64,000 nucleotides of DNA. Origin: an archaeon. Lineage in GTDB: Archaea; Nanobdellota; Nanobdellia; Woesearchaeales; SM23-78. How positions within the stretch are numbered: the first letter of the stretch is position 1; each line of letters opens with the position of its first letter. A program made the translations under genes and the position numbers. Positions 25,999 through 34,342 of this stretch are shown here, one piece after another. The notes under the pieces were generated by a model. That model ran no database searches. It had not been told where the DNA came from and saw only the letters and a program-made list of their open reading frames with translations. Location: NCBI GenBank assembly GCA_043801165.1, contig JAZDMG010000007.1:134155-198154 (forward strand), written 5' to 3'.

Positions 25999-26401
25999 AG
26001 CTCTCGCAGATGTCAGAAAGAGCGTGGATGACGTGCTTATCCTGGGAGATCAGCACCGCTCCATGGTTTCTTGCATGGATCGCGTTGAGGCAGTCGTTGT
26101 AAGGGATTTTTCTCTTCAGGGCAAGCTCTCTTGCTTCAACATCCTCTTCCTCAGTTATCTCTATCCTGCTGAGTTTTCCCATGTGCCCGAGAAGATTGAG
26201 AAGCTCATCTATCTCTTCATGAGAATACCTTAATCTTAGCTCAATTATCAATACCTTTGAAAAGAGGATGACGTTTTTCTTTTTCAGTATCTTCACAAAG
26301 AATTCATACGCATAGCTCCCCAAAGGCCTTCCAACTAAGCTTATCCTATCCTCGTAGAAGTCTCTCCAGATGCAGGCATCGACAATATATTTCTGGCTCA
26401 T
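25976..26401 (-). CDS. PIN-domain toxin (VapC-like)
   Basis: MSQKYIVDACIWRDFYEDR... from ATG 26401. Paralogue of 13924..14337. Confidence 0.75.
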   Translation of the reverse strand: MSQKYIVDACIWRDFYEDRISLVGRPLGSYAYEFFVKILKKKNVILFSKVLIIELRLRYSHEEIDELLNLLGHMGKLSRIEITEEEDVEARELALKRKIPYNDCLNAIHARNHGAVLISQDKHVIHALSDICESSRPEKVS

Positions 26402-26488
26402 GGATTGATTTAATGATAACCTAATAATAAACTGCACTCAAAAAAAATCACAATAATTGCGAAGAGAACACAATCCTTTCGTCTTTCA

Positions 26489-26538
26489 CGTAAATAATCA
26501 CAGGTCTCACTGGACAGCTCGACGTGAGGTATTTAAAC
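26489..26538 (-). promoter_or_regulatory. Conserved TATA-linked module, copy G (long form, no hairpin)
   Basis: The reverse complement reads gtttaaatacctcacgtcgagctgtccagtgagacctgtgattatttacg. Confidence 0.6.
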
Positions 26539-26559
26539 AATTCTTGCTGATATGTTTTC

Positions 26560-27393
26560 ATGAAAAAAGACAGAGCTCTGGTGGTTTTCCAGGACAAGAA
26601 AATCAGAAGAGTCTGGCACAACGACGAGTGGTTTTTCTCAGTCATAGATGTTGTTTACGCACTAGAAGCCAGTACAATACCAAAAAGGTATTGGTCAGAC
26701 CTAAAAGTCAAGCTTTCTGAGGAAGGATTTGAAGCGTACGATAAAATCGTACAGTTGAAATTGGTGGCTGAGGACGGAAAACTCAGGGAGACCGATTGCG
26801 CCAGCACAAGGAACATGTTCCGTATAATCCAATCAATCCCCTCTCCAAAGGCCGAGCCTTTCAAACTCTGGCTGGCGAAAGTCGGTTATGAGCGCGTCCA
26901 GGAGATACAGGACCCGGAACTGGCCCACAAAAGGATTGGTGAGATCTACCGGCAGAAAGGCTATTCTGAGGAATGGGTAAGGCATCGTCTAAGCATCATG
27001 GACTTAAGGCAGGAGATGACTGAGGAATGGAAGAACCGAGATGTGAATGAAGAGCGAGAATTCGCCATACTTACAAACGAGATAAGCAAAGCAGCCTTCG
27101 GAAAGACCGTGGACGAGTACAAAGGGCTCAAAGGGCTAAAAAAGCACAACCTGAGAGACCACATGAACAGGCTTGAGCTCATATTCACATCGCTTGCAGA
27201 GGCATCGACAACAGCCATCGCAAGAGGAAAGGACGTCAAAGGTTTCAAGGAGAACGAGAAAGCCGCAAAGGAAGGTGGAACTGTCGCAGGAAACGCAAGA
27301 AAAGAGCTGGAGAAAAAATCAGGCAAACCTGTCGTCTCGAATGACAATTACCTTGATGAGCCGGAGAAGGCCAAGAGAAAGAGTCTTAGATAA
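26560..27393 (+). CDS. DinD-like protein (Bro-N-like N-terminal domain)
   Basis: FQDKKIRRVWHNDEWFFSVIDVV, plus C-terminal KGLKKHNLRDHMNRLELIFTSLAE recalled as resembling E. coli DinD. Confidence 0.6.
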   Translation: MKKDRALVVFQDKKIRRVWHNDEWFFSVIDVVYALEASTIPKRYWSDLKVKLSEEGFEAYDKIVQLKLVAEDGKLRETDCASTRNMFRIIQSIPSPKAEPFKLWLAKVGYERVQEIQDPELAHKRIGEIYRQKGYSEEWVRHRLSIMDLRQEMTEEWKNRDVNEEREFAILTNEISKAAFGKTVDEYKGLKGLKKHNLRDHMNRLELIFTSLAEASTTAIARGKDVKGFKENEKAAKEGGTVAGNARKELEKKSGKPVVSNDNYLDEPEKAKRKSLR

Positions 27394-27476
27394 AAAATTA
27401 GATATGACCAGACTATTTTGTTGGTGTCAACAAAACGATACCGACCGGTTACAAATTGTAACCAAATCAAGTTATC

Positions 27477-27520
27477 TTCCGAATCCGCCCCTCGCGCTGC
27501 TGCAGCCGGCGGATTCCCTG
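27477..27520 (-). repeat. Hairpin repeat family, copy H
   Basis: ttccGAATCCGCC-(18 nt)-GGCGGATTCcctg. Confidence 0.7.
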
Positions 27521-27548
27521 TTGTCGTCTTAGCCAAGAACAGCTCATC

Positions 27549-27608
27549 CTAGTTCAAAACAACTATCGCTACGTTAAGTATAGTGGCGAACGTCACCCGG
27601 AGAAGGTA
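27549..27608 (-). pseudogene. Relic 3' end of a second, diverged tspO allele
   Basis: Translated by hand it reads YLLRVTFATILNVAIVVLN-stop, against YLLWVSFATILNVAIVVLN-stop in the intact tspO. It is preceded by an in-frame stop, so it is a fragment only. Confidence 0.7.
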
Positions 27609-27630
27609 TCAATAAAACCACCTCTCTTCT

Positions 27631-28068
27631 CTACCGCTTAGAACCAGTCCTTTTCTCCTTGAGGATGATCAAGAGCTCTTCTGGCTTGATTATCCTTATC
27701 CCGGAGTATTCTTTCACCTTCAATAGGTGCTTGTCATTGCTTATCACGTAATCGACTTTGCCTGCCAGTGCGCATTCCAGGATCTTATTGTCATCAGGGT
27801 CTTCCTTCACGACGTCCAGCCTTGTTTCCGGCCTGACGATTGTAGATATGGACTCTATCTTCTCAACAGTCCTGTTCATTTCCAGACCTTTGCCTCTTAT
27901 CTTGTCCTTTATCTCTGGGTAATCCAGCACTTTCCTGAAATCATCAAGTATTTCCGCAGACAATACCAGCTCTGCCTCGTCGTTTTCTATCATCCTGAGT
28001 ACCTTATCAGAGTCTCCCGACCAGAATGTTGAAGAGACCAGTATGTTGACGTCAGCCGTTATTCGCAT
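27631..28068 (-). CDS. PIN-domain toxin
   Basis: 145 aa. ITADVNILVSS... and DDNKILECA...VISNDKHLL are PIN acidic motifs. Confidence 0.75.
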   Translation of the reverse strand: MRITADVNILVSSTFWSGDSDKVLRMIENDEAELVLSAEILDDFRKVLDYPEIKDKIRGKGLEMNRTVEKIESISTIVRPETRLDVVKEDPDDNKILECALAGKVDYVISNDKHLLKVKEYSGIRIIKPEELLIILKEKRTGSKR

Positions 28069-28324
28069 CCTTCTTCCTCATCCTGTGGATCATCGCCACC
28101 ACATCCGATTCTTTCAGCCCGGCTTTCCTAGCAGCTTCCTTCAGCGGTCTCGTTATATCCTCAAATGTCTCAGGGATCACTTTTTTCATCATCACAGCAT
28201 TGTCTTTTACCATGAAGAGTATCTTAGTGCCTTCCTCCAGCCCAAGTTCCTCTCTTATGCTGCTGGGTATCGCTATCTGCCCTCTTGAGCTTACGGTTCC
28301 AAGTTCTATTATCTCAGTTGCCAT
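28052..28324 (-). CDS. AbrB/SpoVT-family antitoxin
   Basis: VSSRGQIAIPSSIREELGL is the swapped-hairpin motif. ATG 28324 is preferred. A TATA-like sequence on the minus strand, about 40 nt upstream of the ATG, reads ctttaaatac. Confidence 0.75.
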   Translation of the reverse strand: MATEIIELGTVSSRGQIAIPSSIREELGLEEGTKILFMVKDNAVMMKKVIPETFEDITRPLKEAARKAGLKESDVVAMIHRMRKKDANNG

Positions 28325-28455
28325 TTCTAAACACCTCAATCTTGTTTACAAGATATATCTTGTATTTAAAGATTTCGGCAAAAAGCATGCAAGAAGAACT
28401 GATTAATAAGATGCCCTCATAAAAAAGCGTGATTTCAAAGCAAGAATCTTAAAAT

Positions 28456-28504
28456 CTTCAGAATTTGCCTTCTTCCTCGTCAGAACTGATGTGCAAATTC
28501 CCCG
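28456..28504 (-). repeat. Hairpin repeat family, copy I
   Basis: cttcaGAATTTGC-(24 nt)-GCAAATTCcccg. Confidence 0.7.
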
Positions 28505-28505
28505 T

Positions 28506-28970
28506 CTAATTCAAAACAACAATCGCCACGTTAAGAATAGTCGCAAAGCTCACCCAAAGAAGATACGGCACCAATAAATACCCAGCTTTCCTATCGACCT
28601 TGAAGAACTTCATCATGGTGACCAGTATCATCACCCATAATACGATTATCTCTACCAAGGCCCATGACGGGTTGCGGAATCCAAAGAAAATCACTGACCA
28701 TATCACGTTCAGCACCAGTTGCGCCATGAACGCCTTCATCGCCCCTCCTTCTTCCTTCCGCCATACGAGATAGAAGGCGATTCCCATCATGATAAAAAGC
28801 AAAGTCCATACTGGCCCGAACAGCCACGAAGGAGGATTAAAAACCGGCTTCGCCAAAGAAGCATACCATACAGGGATGGCTGGTGTGGTGAACAACGACC
28901 CTACTGCTCCAGCAAGTAAACAAACAACGACAGAAATGATCAGCTTAACCTCTTTTCTCACAGATACCAA
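28506..28970 (-). CDS. tspO: TspO/MBR tryptophan-rich sensory protein
   Basis: 154 aa with five TM segments. WYASLAKPVFNPPSWLFGPVWTLLF is the family signature. Confidence 0.85.
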   Translation of the reverse strand: MVSVRKEVKLIISVVVCLLAGAVGSLFTTPAIPVWYASLAKPVFNPPSWLFGPVWTLLFIMMGIAFYLVWRKEEGGAMKAFMAQLVLNVIWSVIFFGFRNPSWALVEIIVLWVMILVTMMKFFKVDRKAGYLLVPYLLWVSFATILNVAIVVLN

Positions 28971-29008
28971 TAATAAGCCTGACTATTAATACTTTGCTGA
29001 AAAGAGCG

Positions 29009-29260
29009 TCATCTCCTCTTGTAGATGCTCTTCCTGTGGCCTATGCAGGTCACGATTATCCGTGAATCAGCTATGTCAGCTATGGCCCTATAATCCCCGA
29101 CCCTCAGCTTATAGTCCGCTCTCCCTTCAAGCCTTTCAAAGAAGTGAAAAGGATCGTTCTTGGCTCGCTGAAGCTTTAAGAATATCCTCTCTCTGATCCT
29201 CTTCTCGAGCTTTTCCAGGAATCTTATGGCTTCTTCGTCTATTACCAGCTCATAGCTCAT
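29009..29260 (-). CDS. RelE/ParE-family toxin
   Basis: 83 aa. ADYKLRVGDYRAIADI...IVTCIGHRKSIY. Confidence 0.75.
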   Translation of the reverse strand: MSYELVIDEEAIRFLEKLEKRIRERIFLKLQRAKNDPFHFFERLEGRADYKLRVGDYRAIADIADSRIIVTCIGHRKSIYKRR

Positions 29261-29496
29261 AAACCTAGCCTCTTCTTGGCTTCGGCTTCTGTGAGGAATC
29301 TTCCCTTTCTTATCCTTTCCCTGGCTTTTTCTATGGCTTCGACAGTCTCTTTGCTGAGCTCAGGCTTGCTCTTCGTGTTCTTGGCTATGAACAGCAGCTT
29401 CTTCAGCACCTCATCATAGCTCTCGTTCTTGTATTCCCTGAAGGTGTCAAGCTCTGACTTTGTCCCGTCATGTATCTTTATTGTCGTCTCGCTCAT
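29257..29496 (-). CDS. Antitoxin
   Basis: Small ORF overlapping the toxin start by 4 nt. ATG 29496 is preferred. GGTATAC direct repeats lie in its promoter. Confidence 0.6.
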   Translation of the reverse strand: MSETTIKIHDGTKSELDTFREYKNESYDEVLKKLLFIAKNTKSKPELSKETVEAIEKARERIRKGRFLTEAEAKKRLGL

Positions 29497-29622
29497 AAAA
29501 AGCTCACCGTATACCACAGTATACCGAAGTATATTTAATGCTTTCTATTCTGATGGCAGCGAGGGTGATTAATATAGCCTAGCAAAAGGTTTTCGGACAG
29601 ATTCTGGAAGAAGCGATGTCTT

Positions 29623-29668
29623 CTTCCGAATCCGCCCTTCGCGTTTCTTCGTCCGGCGGATTCCCTGT
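29623..29668 (-). repeat. Hairpin repeat family, copy J
   Basis: cttccGAATCCGCC-(19 nt)-GGCGGATTCcctg. Confidence 0.7.
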
Positions 29669-29685
29669 TGTCCCTCCGCTTTCTC

Positions 29686-29737
29686 CGTAAATAACCACAG
29701 GACGCATAGGACAGCTCGACGCAGCGCTTATATAGCC
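29686..29737 (-). promoter_or_regulatory. Conserved TATA-linked module, copy J (long form)
   Basis: The reverse complement reads ggctatataagcgctgcgtcgagctgtcctatgcgtcctgtggttatttacgg. Confidence 0.55.
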
Positions 29738-29764
29738 AGCTCACCTTTTTCTCCTCGAAGCTTC

Positions 29765-30055
29765 ATGAAGTCCGAAACATTTAAATACCAGATGGTATCT
29801 AATGGTATCATGGGAGAGCAGATCAATGTCAGGCTGTCAGGGCAGATGCTCCTGAGCGCAAAGGATTATGCCAAGGCCAACGGCTTTGACAACGTGCAAG
29901 AGCTCATAAAGGAGACCCTGAGGGAAAAGCTCTTTGAGACCAGCCAGGTCTCAAGCAGGGAGCTTACGCTGATAAAAAAGCTCGTCCAGGCCAGTGAAAA
30001 AAGCGATCTCTACGGCACTGAGAAAGAACTATTCCGGAAGCTTCGGAGAAAATGA
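29765..30055 (+). CDS. RHH-type antitoxin
   Basis: INVRLSGQMLLSAKDYAKANGFDNVQELIKETLREKL. It abuts the next ORF. Confidence 0.6.
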   Translation: MKSETFKYQMVSNGIMGEQINVRLSGQMLLSAKDYAKANGFDNVQELIKETLREKLFETSQVSSRELTLIKKLVQASEKSDLYGTEKELFRKLRRK

Positions 30056-30349
30056 ATGTTCGAGCTCAAGCCAACAGACTTCTTCTTGGAGCAGACCAAT
30101 GGATTAAGCGACGAAGCAGCCAAGCTGATAGCTGAGAAGCTAAAGCTCGCAAAAATAAACCCTTTCCGCTACAAGAGGATACTAGGCCATGGGCTATTCC
30201 TGTTCAGGATTAGGTTCGAAGATAGAAACAAAGAGAAACGGGTCATCTATCTCGTGGATAAGCCATTCGTGAAGGTACTATGCATCCTTGACCGAGACAA
30301 GGAATACAAGGACCTTGAAAAATACTTGAGAAGATTAGGTTACTCATGA
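30056..30349 (+). CDS. RelE/ParE-like toxin
   Basis: 97 aa. FRIRFEDRNKEKRVIYLVDKPFVKVLCILDRDKEY fits the toxin fold pattern. Confidence 0.55.
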   Translation: MFELKPTDFFLEQTNGLSDEAAKLIAEKLKLAKINPFRYKRILGHGLFLFRIRFEDRNKEKRVIYLVDKPFVKVLCILDRDKEYKDLEKYLRRLGYS

Positions 30350-31438
30350 TATATTATAGAAATTAGTCACTACGTTGCAGCATCCGTGCAGCGCGATGTC
30401 TGTGTTCTTTATCACGAACACAGGTATCTTCCTGAGCACAGCCTCTTCCTTTGCGTGCCTGTGGAACTCTTCTACGAACTTGCTGAACGCCTTCAGCTTC
30501 TTCAGCACTATCTTGCCGTTCAAAAATAATCCTCCGTAGCATTCTGACACCAGCGCAAGGTTCTTCGCTGCCCGGGCATAGTATCTGACAAAGAGATCCG
30601 CTGTCTTTGTGCAGAGCTCATCCTTCCCGTATCCTTCATCTATCAAGTCCAGCTTCTCATCTCCTTTCGATGAATCTATCCTTTTGACCAGTCCAGTCTT
30701 CTTGACGCTTTTCCTGCTTCTCAGGAAATCATAGATGTTCGCAAATCCCCTGCCAGACAGCAATAGCTCGTATTCTGGCTGATAGCCAGCAGAGCATTTC
30801 TTCTTAAGGTATTTCAGGAGCTCCCAATCATCCTTATCATAGGGCGCGAAGTCCATGTGCCCTCCTTCTGACGGCAGAGGAACGTATAGGTGCTTTTCGC
30901 GGTTATAGTATGCTATGCTCATGCCGAGGCCTGTGCCTGCTCCTATCACAGCGAAAGTATTCCCCAGGACCCTTTCTCCGACAGTCCCGAATTCTGATTT
31001 CAATGGTATGATATCTTTCTCAAAGTCAAGATTATCCAGCCCATAGCCTATGGCCTCAAAGTCATTGATCAGTATCACATGGCCAAGAAGGGTTTTCGCA
31101 AGTATATCTGACTTCTTTATCTCAAGAGGGGCGTTGGTGAGCTTTATGTATCCTCTTTTCCTTGAGACAGGGCCTGCTGCGCTGATGCAGCACCTGCTCG
31201 CCTCGATGCCGAAGCTTTCATACGCCTGCCTGAGGATGTCATTCAATAAAAGATGGATCTCAGTTATCTCCTTGGTGGGAATCTGGTGCTTGAATATTAT
31301 GTCGTAATGCAGGTTGTCTTTCACTCCCATGATGGCAAGATAAGCTGTAGTGCCTCCCACGTCTGCGACAATGGAGAAGAACCTGTACTTTGACTTATCA
31401 AACTCAGGCCTAGGCAGGGCATACACCTCTTTTAGCAT
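30344..31438 (-). CDS. glk: Glucokinase (Glk family)
   Basis: VADVGGTTAY (ATP-binding N-terminus) and AVIGAGTGLGMS. Confidence 0.75.
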   Translation of the reverse strand: MLKEVYALPRPEFDKSKYRFFSIVADVGGTTAYLAIMGVKDNLHYDIIFKHQIPTKEITEIHLLLNDILRQAYESFGIEASRCCISAAGPVSRKRGYIKLTNAPLEIKKSDILAKTLLGHVILINDFEAIGYGLDNLDFEKDIIPLKSEFGTVGERVLGNTFAVIGAGTGLGMSIAYYNREKHLYVPLPSEGGHMDFAPYDKDDWELLKYLKKKCSAGYQPEYELLLSGRGFANIYDFLRSRKSVKKTGLVKRIDSSKGDEKLDLIDEGYGKDELCTKTADLFVRYYARAAKNLALVSECYGGLFLNGKIVLKKLKAFSKFVEEFHRHAKEEAVLRKIPVFVIKNTDIALHGCCNVVTNFYNIS

Positions 31439-31559
31439 AAATCTTTTCCTATGGAATTAAGTTTATAAATTTTCTTGTTTAGAGCTGGATAGCTTCACTT
31501 TTTTCCGCAACCCTTATTAACTCAAGCACCTATTATCCTGTTATTTCGGAGGTGTTCGT

Positions 31560-31769
31560 ATGGCAAAGGATGATAAGTGCTGCTGCGGCGGAGGCAATCC
31601 GTTCGTGGCGATACCGTCTGCATTGACAGCGATGTTCCTAGGGCTAGCAGTCCTATTGATGATATTCGCCAAGGACAGCCTGGACCTATTGGTGCCTATC
31701 ATCTGGGCGTTCGTGGTTGTCATGGTAGTGGCCATGGCTTTCGCATTCAAGGCTTCTAAGAAGAAGTAG
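31560..31769 (+). CDS. Small two-helix membrane protein with a Cys cluster
   Basis: 69 aa. ggaggtg precedes the ATG. MAKDDKCCCGGG is followed by hydrophobic helices. Confidence 0.5.
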   Translation: MAKDDKCCCGGGNPFVAIPSALTAMFLGLAVLLMIFAKDSLDLLVPIIWAFVVVMVVAMAFAFKASKKK

Positions 31770-32889
31770 CTGGCATCGCCTTTTGCATGTAGTGTCCTAT
31801 GTAGCTTGCGTATAGTTTCGCCAGGCTCTGCTGCGTGCCCTGCAGGCCTCTTCCCTCGATCAGTGCCTGCATCACGGTCCTGCGCTCATAATCTTTCACG
31901 AGCTCTTCGCCTCTTCCCTTGCGGAAGATCTCCTCGGGGCTAGATTGCGGAGTGAATCTCCTAAACTTCTCAGGATATTGCCATCCCAGCTCATTCCTTA
32001 CCTGAGTTATATAGAATAACACGCGGTCGCAGTTGATCTTCCCTCCATCATAGCACTCGACAGTCTCCCTCATCAATGCCTCTCCAACCACGTTGACAGG
32101 CAGTATCTTCACAAGCTCAAGGCATCTCTGCCTCGTCATGCCCGCAAGCTCTTTCCTGTTGGTATCAAGATAGTCCATCACCCTTATCGGTTCGCCGAAG
32201 CTTATGTAGACATGGCCTACTGGTTTCAGTATAACTTTTAATACGTCGCGCGGCTTCAGGGTCTTGGCCTTTGCCACAGACTCAAGCATGTCCTTGGCAT
32301 CCTTGACCTTTGAGTAGCTTACGGTGACAGGCACTATGTAAAGCTCAGGATCCCCTACTATAGAGCCCCTGCTTGCCTCTGTGAGATGGCTTCTCTGGAA
32401 TGCCTGCACCTGTTCAAAGCATGCCGGGTGGAACACTCCGCGCTCTCCTTTCCTGATTATGCAAGTCCTTGACCCTTCTGGGAATATCAGCATATCCTTG
32501 CCTGCCTCGAGATGCGCCTCAAGCCCCTGCACCAAAGAATCCCTAGAAGCCCTCATGCCGGCTGTTTCAGGCCTCTTCATTATGAAAGCCCCTAGCTTGC
32601 GGACCCGTCTCTGCCAAGGCTCTCCTTTCACAAGGTTGTCTCCCATGCATGCATAGGGAACAGGAAGTTTTTCACGGTAGAGGGTAGCAGGCACGGCTGT
32701 CGTCTCAAAAAGGCTGGTGTGCGTGCTTGCGTATAAAAACAAGGCCCTGCCATCGCTCTCCCTCTTCAATTCCTTGAGCTTGCCTGTCCCTTCGACATGG
32801 ATATTGGATAGCAATTTATCTCCTATGAGGACCAGGTATTTTATGACCTGGTATGTCAATCCTCGCTCAATCACCGCTTGCGCTTCCAT
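31756..32889 (-). CDS. PlsC-like glycerolipid acyltransferase family protein
   Basis: STHTSLFE (H-x4-acidic) and IFPEGSR blocks. Confidence 0.6.
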   Translation of the reverse strand: MEAQAVIERGLTYQVIKYLVLIGDKLLSNIHVEGTGKLKELKRESDGRALFLYASTHTSLFETTAVPATLYREKLPVPYACMGDNLVKGEPWQRRVRKLGAFIMKRPETAGMRASRDSLVQGLEAHLEAGKDMLIFPEGSRTCIIRKGERGVFHPACFEQVQAFQRSHLTEASRGSIVGDPELYIVPVTVSYSKVKDAKDMLESVAKAKTLKPRDVLKVILKPVGHVYISFGEPIRVMDYLDTNRKELAGMTRQRCLELVKILPVNVVGEALMRETVECYDGGKINCDRVLFYITQVRNELGWQYPEKFRRFTPQSSPEEIFRKGRGEELVKDYERRTVMQALIEGRGLQGTQQSLAKLYASYIGHYMQKAMPATSS

Positions 32890-32921
32890 ACCACTGAAGA
32901 ATGGTCATCTGCTTAAAAAGA

Positions 32922-34040
32922 TTATGGAGATTCTTCGTCCAACACCAGCTCCACAACCGCCTCCATATGAGGTGTCTGTGGGAAGAGGTCAAATAGCGCA
33001 GCGCTCTTTATCCTGTAGCTCTTGAACTTAGGCAGGTCCTTGCCTAGCTGGACAACATTGCATGAGACATAGACAATCACCTGAGGCTTCAGTTTCTTGA
33101 GCTGCTCGATGGTCTTCTCATGCATGCCGCTGCGTGGAGGATCTGTAATGACAAATAGCTCTGCTGGAAAATCAAGCTTCTTCAGCTGCATGGCATCAAG
33201 AAGGATTGCTTTTGCGTTCCTGACATCATTGTCAGCGATGTTCTTGTTGGCAGAGTCGATGCACTCCTTCACCCCTTCTAATATAGTCACTCCTTTGAAC
33301 AATGAAGCATTCACTATCCCGAAAGTGCCGACTCCAGCATACAAGTCAAGCAGATGATAGTCCTGGGTCCTGTACTGGCGAAGAAGGTTGTGGACATACG
33401 CCTGCATCTTCTCAGCCATGGCATGGTTGTTCTGGAAGAATCCCTGCGAAGAATAGCTGAAGCTCTTGCCAAGATAGTTCTGCACAAGATAATCCTCTCC
33501 CTTGACAGTGAAATGGTTGGCTGATATGCTCTGGTCAGTGTTCGCAGGCACATGGCATCCGAGCACATTCTCTGCCTTGCTCTTGCCAGCGTACTCCTTT
33601 ATGCGGGCCACTGCCTCTGACAATCTTGAAGAATCCTCATTCAGGATGATTGACACCGTGGCTCCTTCTGTGGCTGTCCTGACAACAGCATACCTGAAAG
33701 TTCCTGTGTGCTTCTTGACATCGAACCATTCAGCATCCTTGAAAAAATCCCTCAGCTCCAAAAGCAATCCATTGACTTTCTCATCAGAGATCACACAATT
33801 GTCGACATCTACTATCTTCCACCACTTGTCCTTCTCTCGGAAGCCTAGGCCTCCTTCATGGAATATGAAATCCATCCTGTTCCTATAGCCATACTCACTG
33901 CCGGAGAACACCTTTATCTCGGGGAACTTTATATGGGATATCAATAGCTTCTTCTTGTTCTCGAGCTGGAGCTCATATGGCACATGCTGGGTGGTGCATC
34001 CTCCGCACTTGCCGAAAAAAGGGCATCTTGGCTCTGTCAT
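32922..34040 (-). CDS. RumA/TrmA-family RNA (uracil-C5)-methyltransferase
   Basis: N-terminal CPFFGKCGGC, SAM motif LDLYAGVGTFG, and TDPPRSG. Confidence 0.85.
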   Translation of the reverse strand: MTEPRCPFFGKCGGCTTQHVPYELQLENKKKLLISHIKFPEIKVFSGSEYGYRNRMDFIFHEGGLGFREKDKWWKIVDVDNCVISDEKVNGLLLELRDFFKDAEWFDVKKHTGTFRYAVVRTATEGATVSIILNEDSSRLSEAVARIKEYAGKSKAENVLGCHVPANTDQSISANHFTVKGEDYLVQNYLGKSFSYSSQGFFQNNHAMAEKMQAYVHNLLRQYRTQDYHLLDLYAGVGTFGIVNASLFKGVTILEGVKECIDSANKNIADNDVRNAKAILLDAMQLKKLDFPAELFVITDPPRSGMHEKTIEQLKKLKPQVIVYVSCNVVQLGKDLPKFKSYRIKSAALFDLFPQTPHMEAVVELVLDEESP

Positions 34041-34081
34041 GAAAACAAAGAAAACGGAATTGATTTAAGAATATTACTGAA

Positions 34082-34342
34082 TCACTTATATGCATCATCA
34101 TGGTGCCTGAAGCGGAGGAACTCAACAGCTCCCTCTGCTTCGTTGATCTGGAACACTAGCACATAGCTGCCTATGTGAACCCTTCTGTTATTCTGCATAG
34201 GCCATCGCAGTGGCTTGTAGCGATGAGGGTCAAGGAGTATCTCTCTTATTTTCTTGTCTAATGCGCGGATCAGCCCAGGATCTCTCTTTTCAAGCTTCTC
34301 TAGATGCTTATCTAGCTTTTCTTTTATCTTTTTTTGGTACAT
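34082..34342 (-). CDS. RelE/StbE-family toxin
   Basis: 86 aa. RVHIGSYVLVFQINEAEGAVEFLRFRHHDDAY. Confidence 0.7.
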   Translation of the reverse strand: MYQKKIKEKLDKHLEKLEKRDPGLIRALDKKIREILLDPHRYKPLRWPMQNNRRVHIGSYVLVFQINEAEGAVEFLRFRHHDDAYK

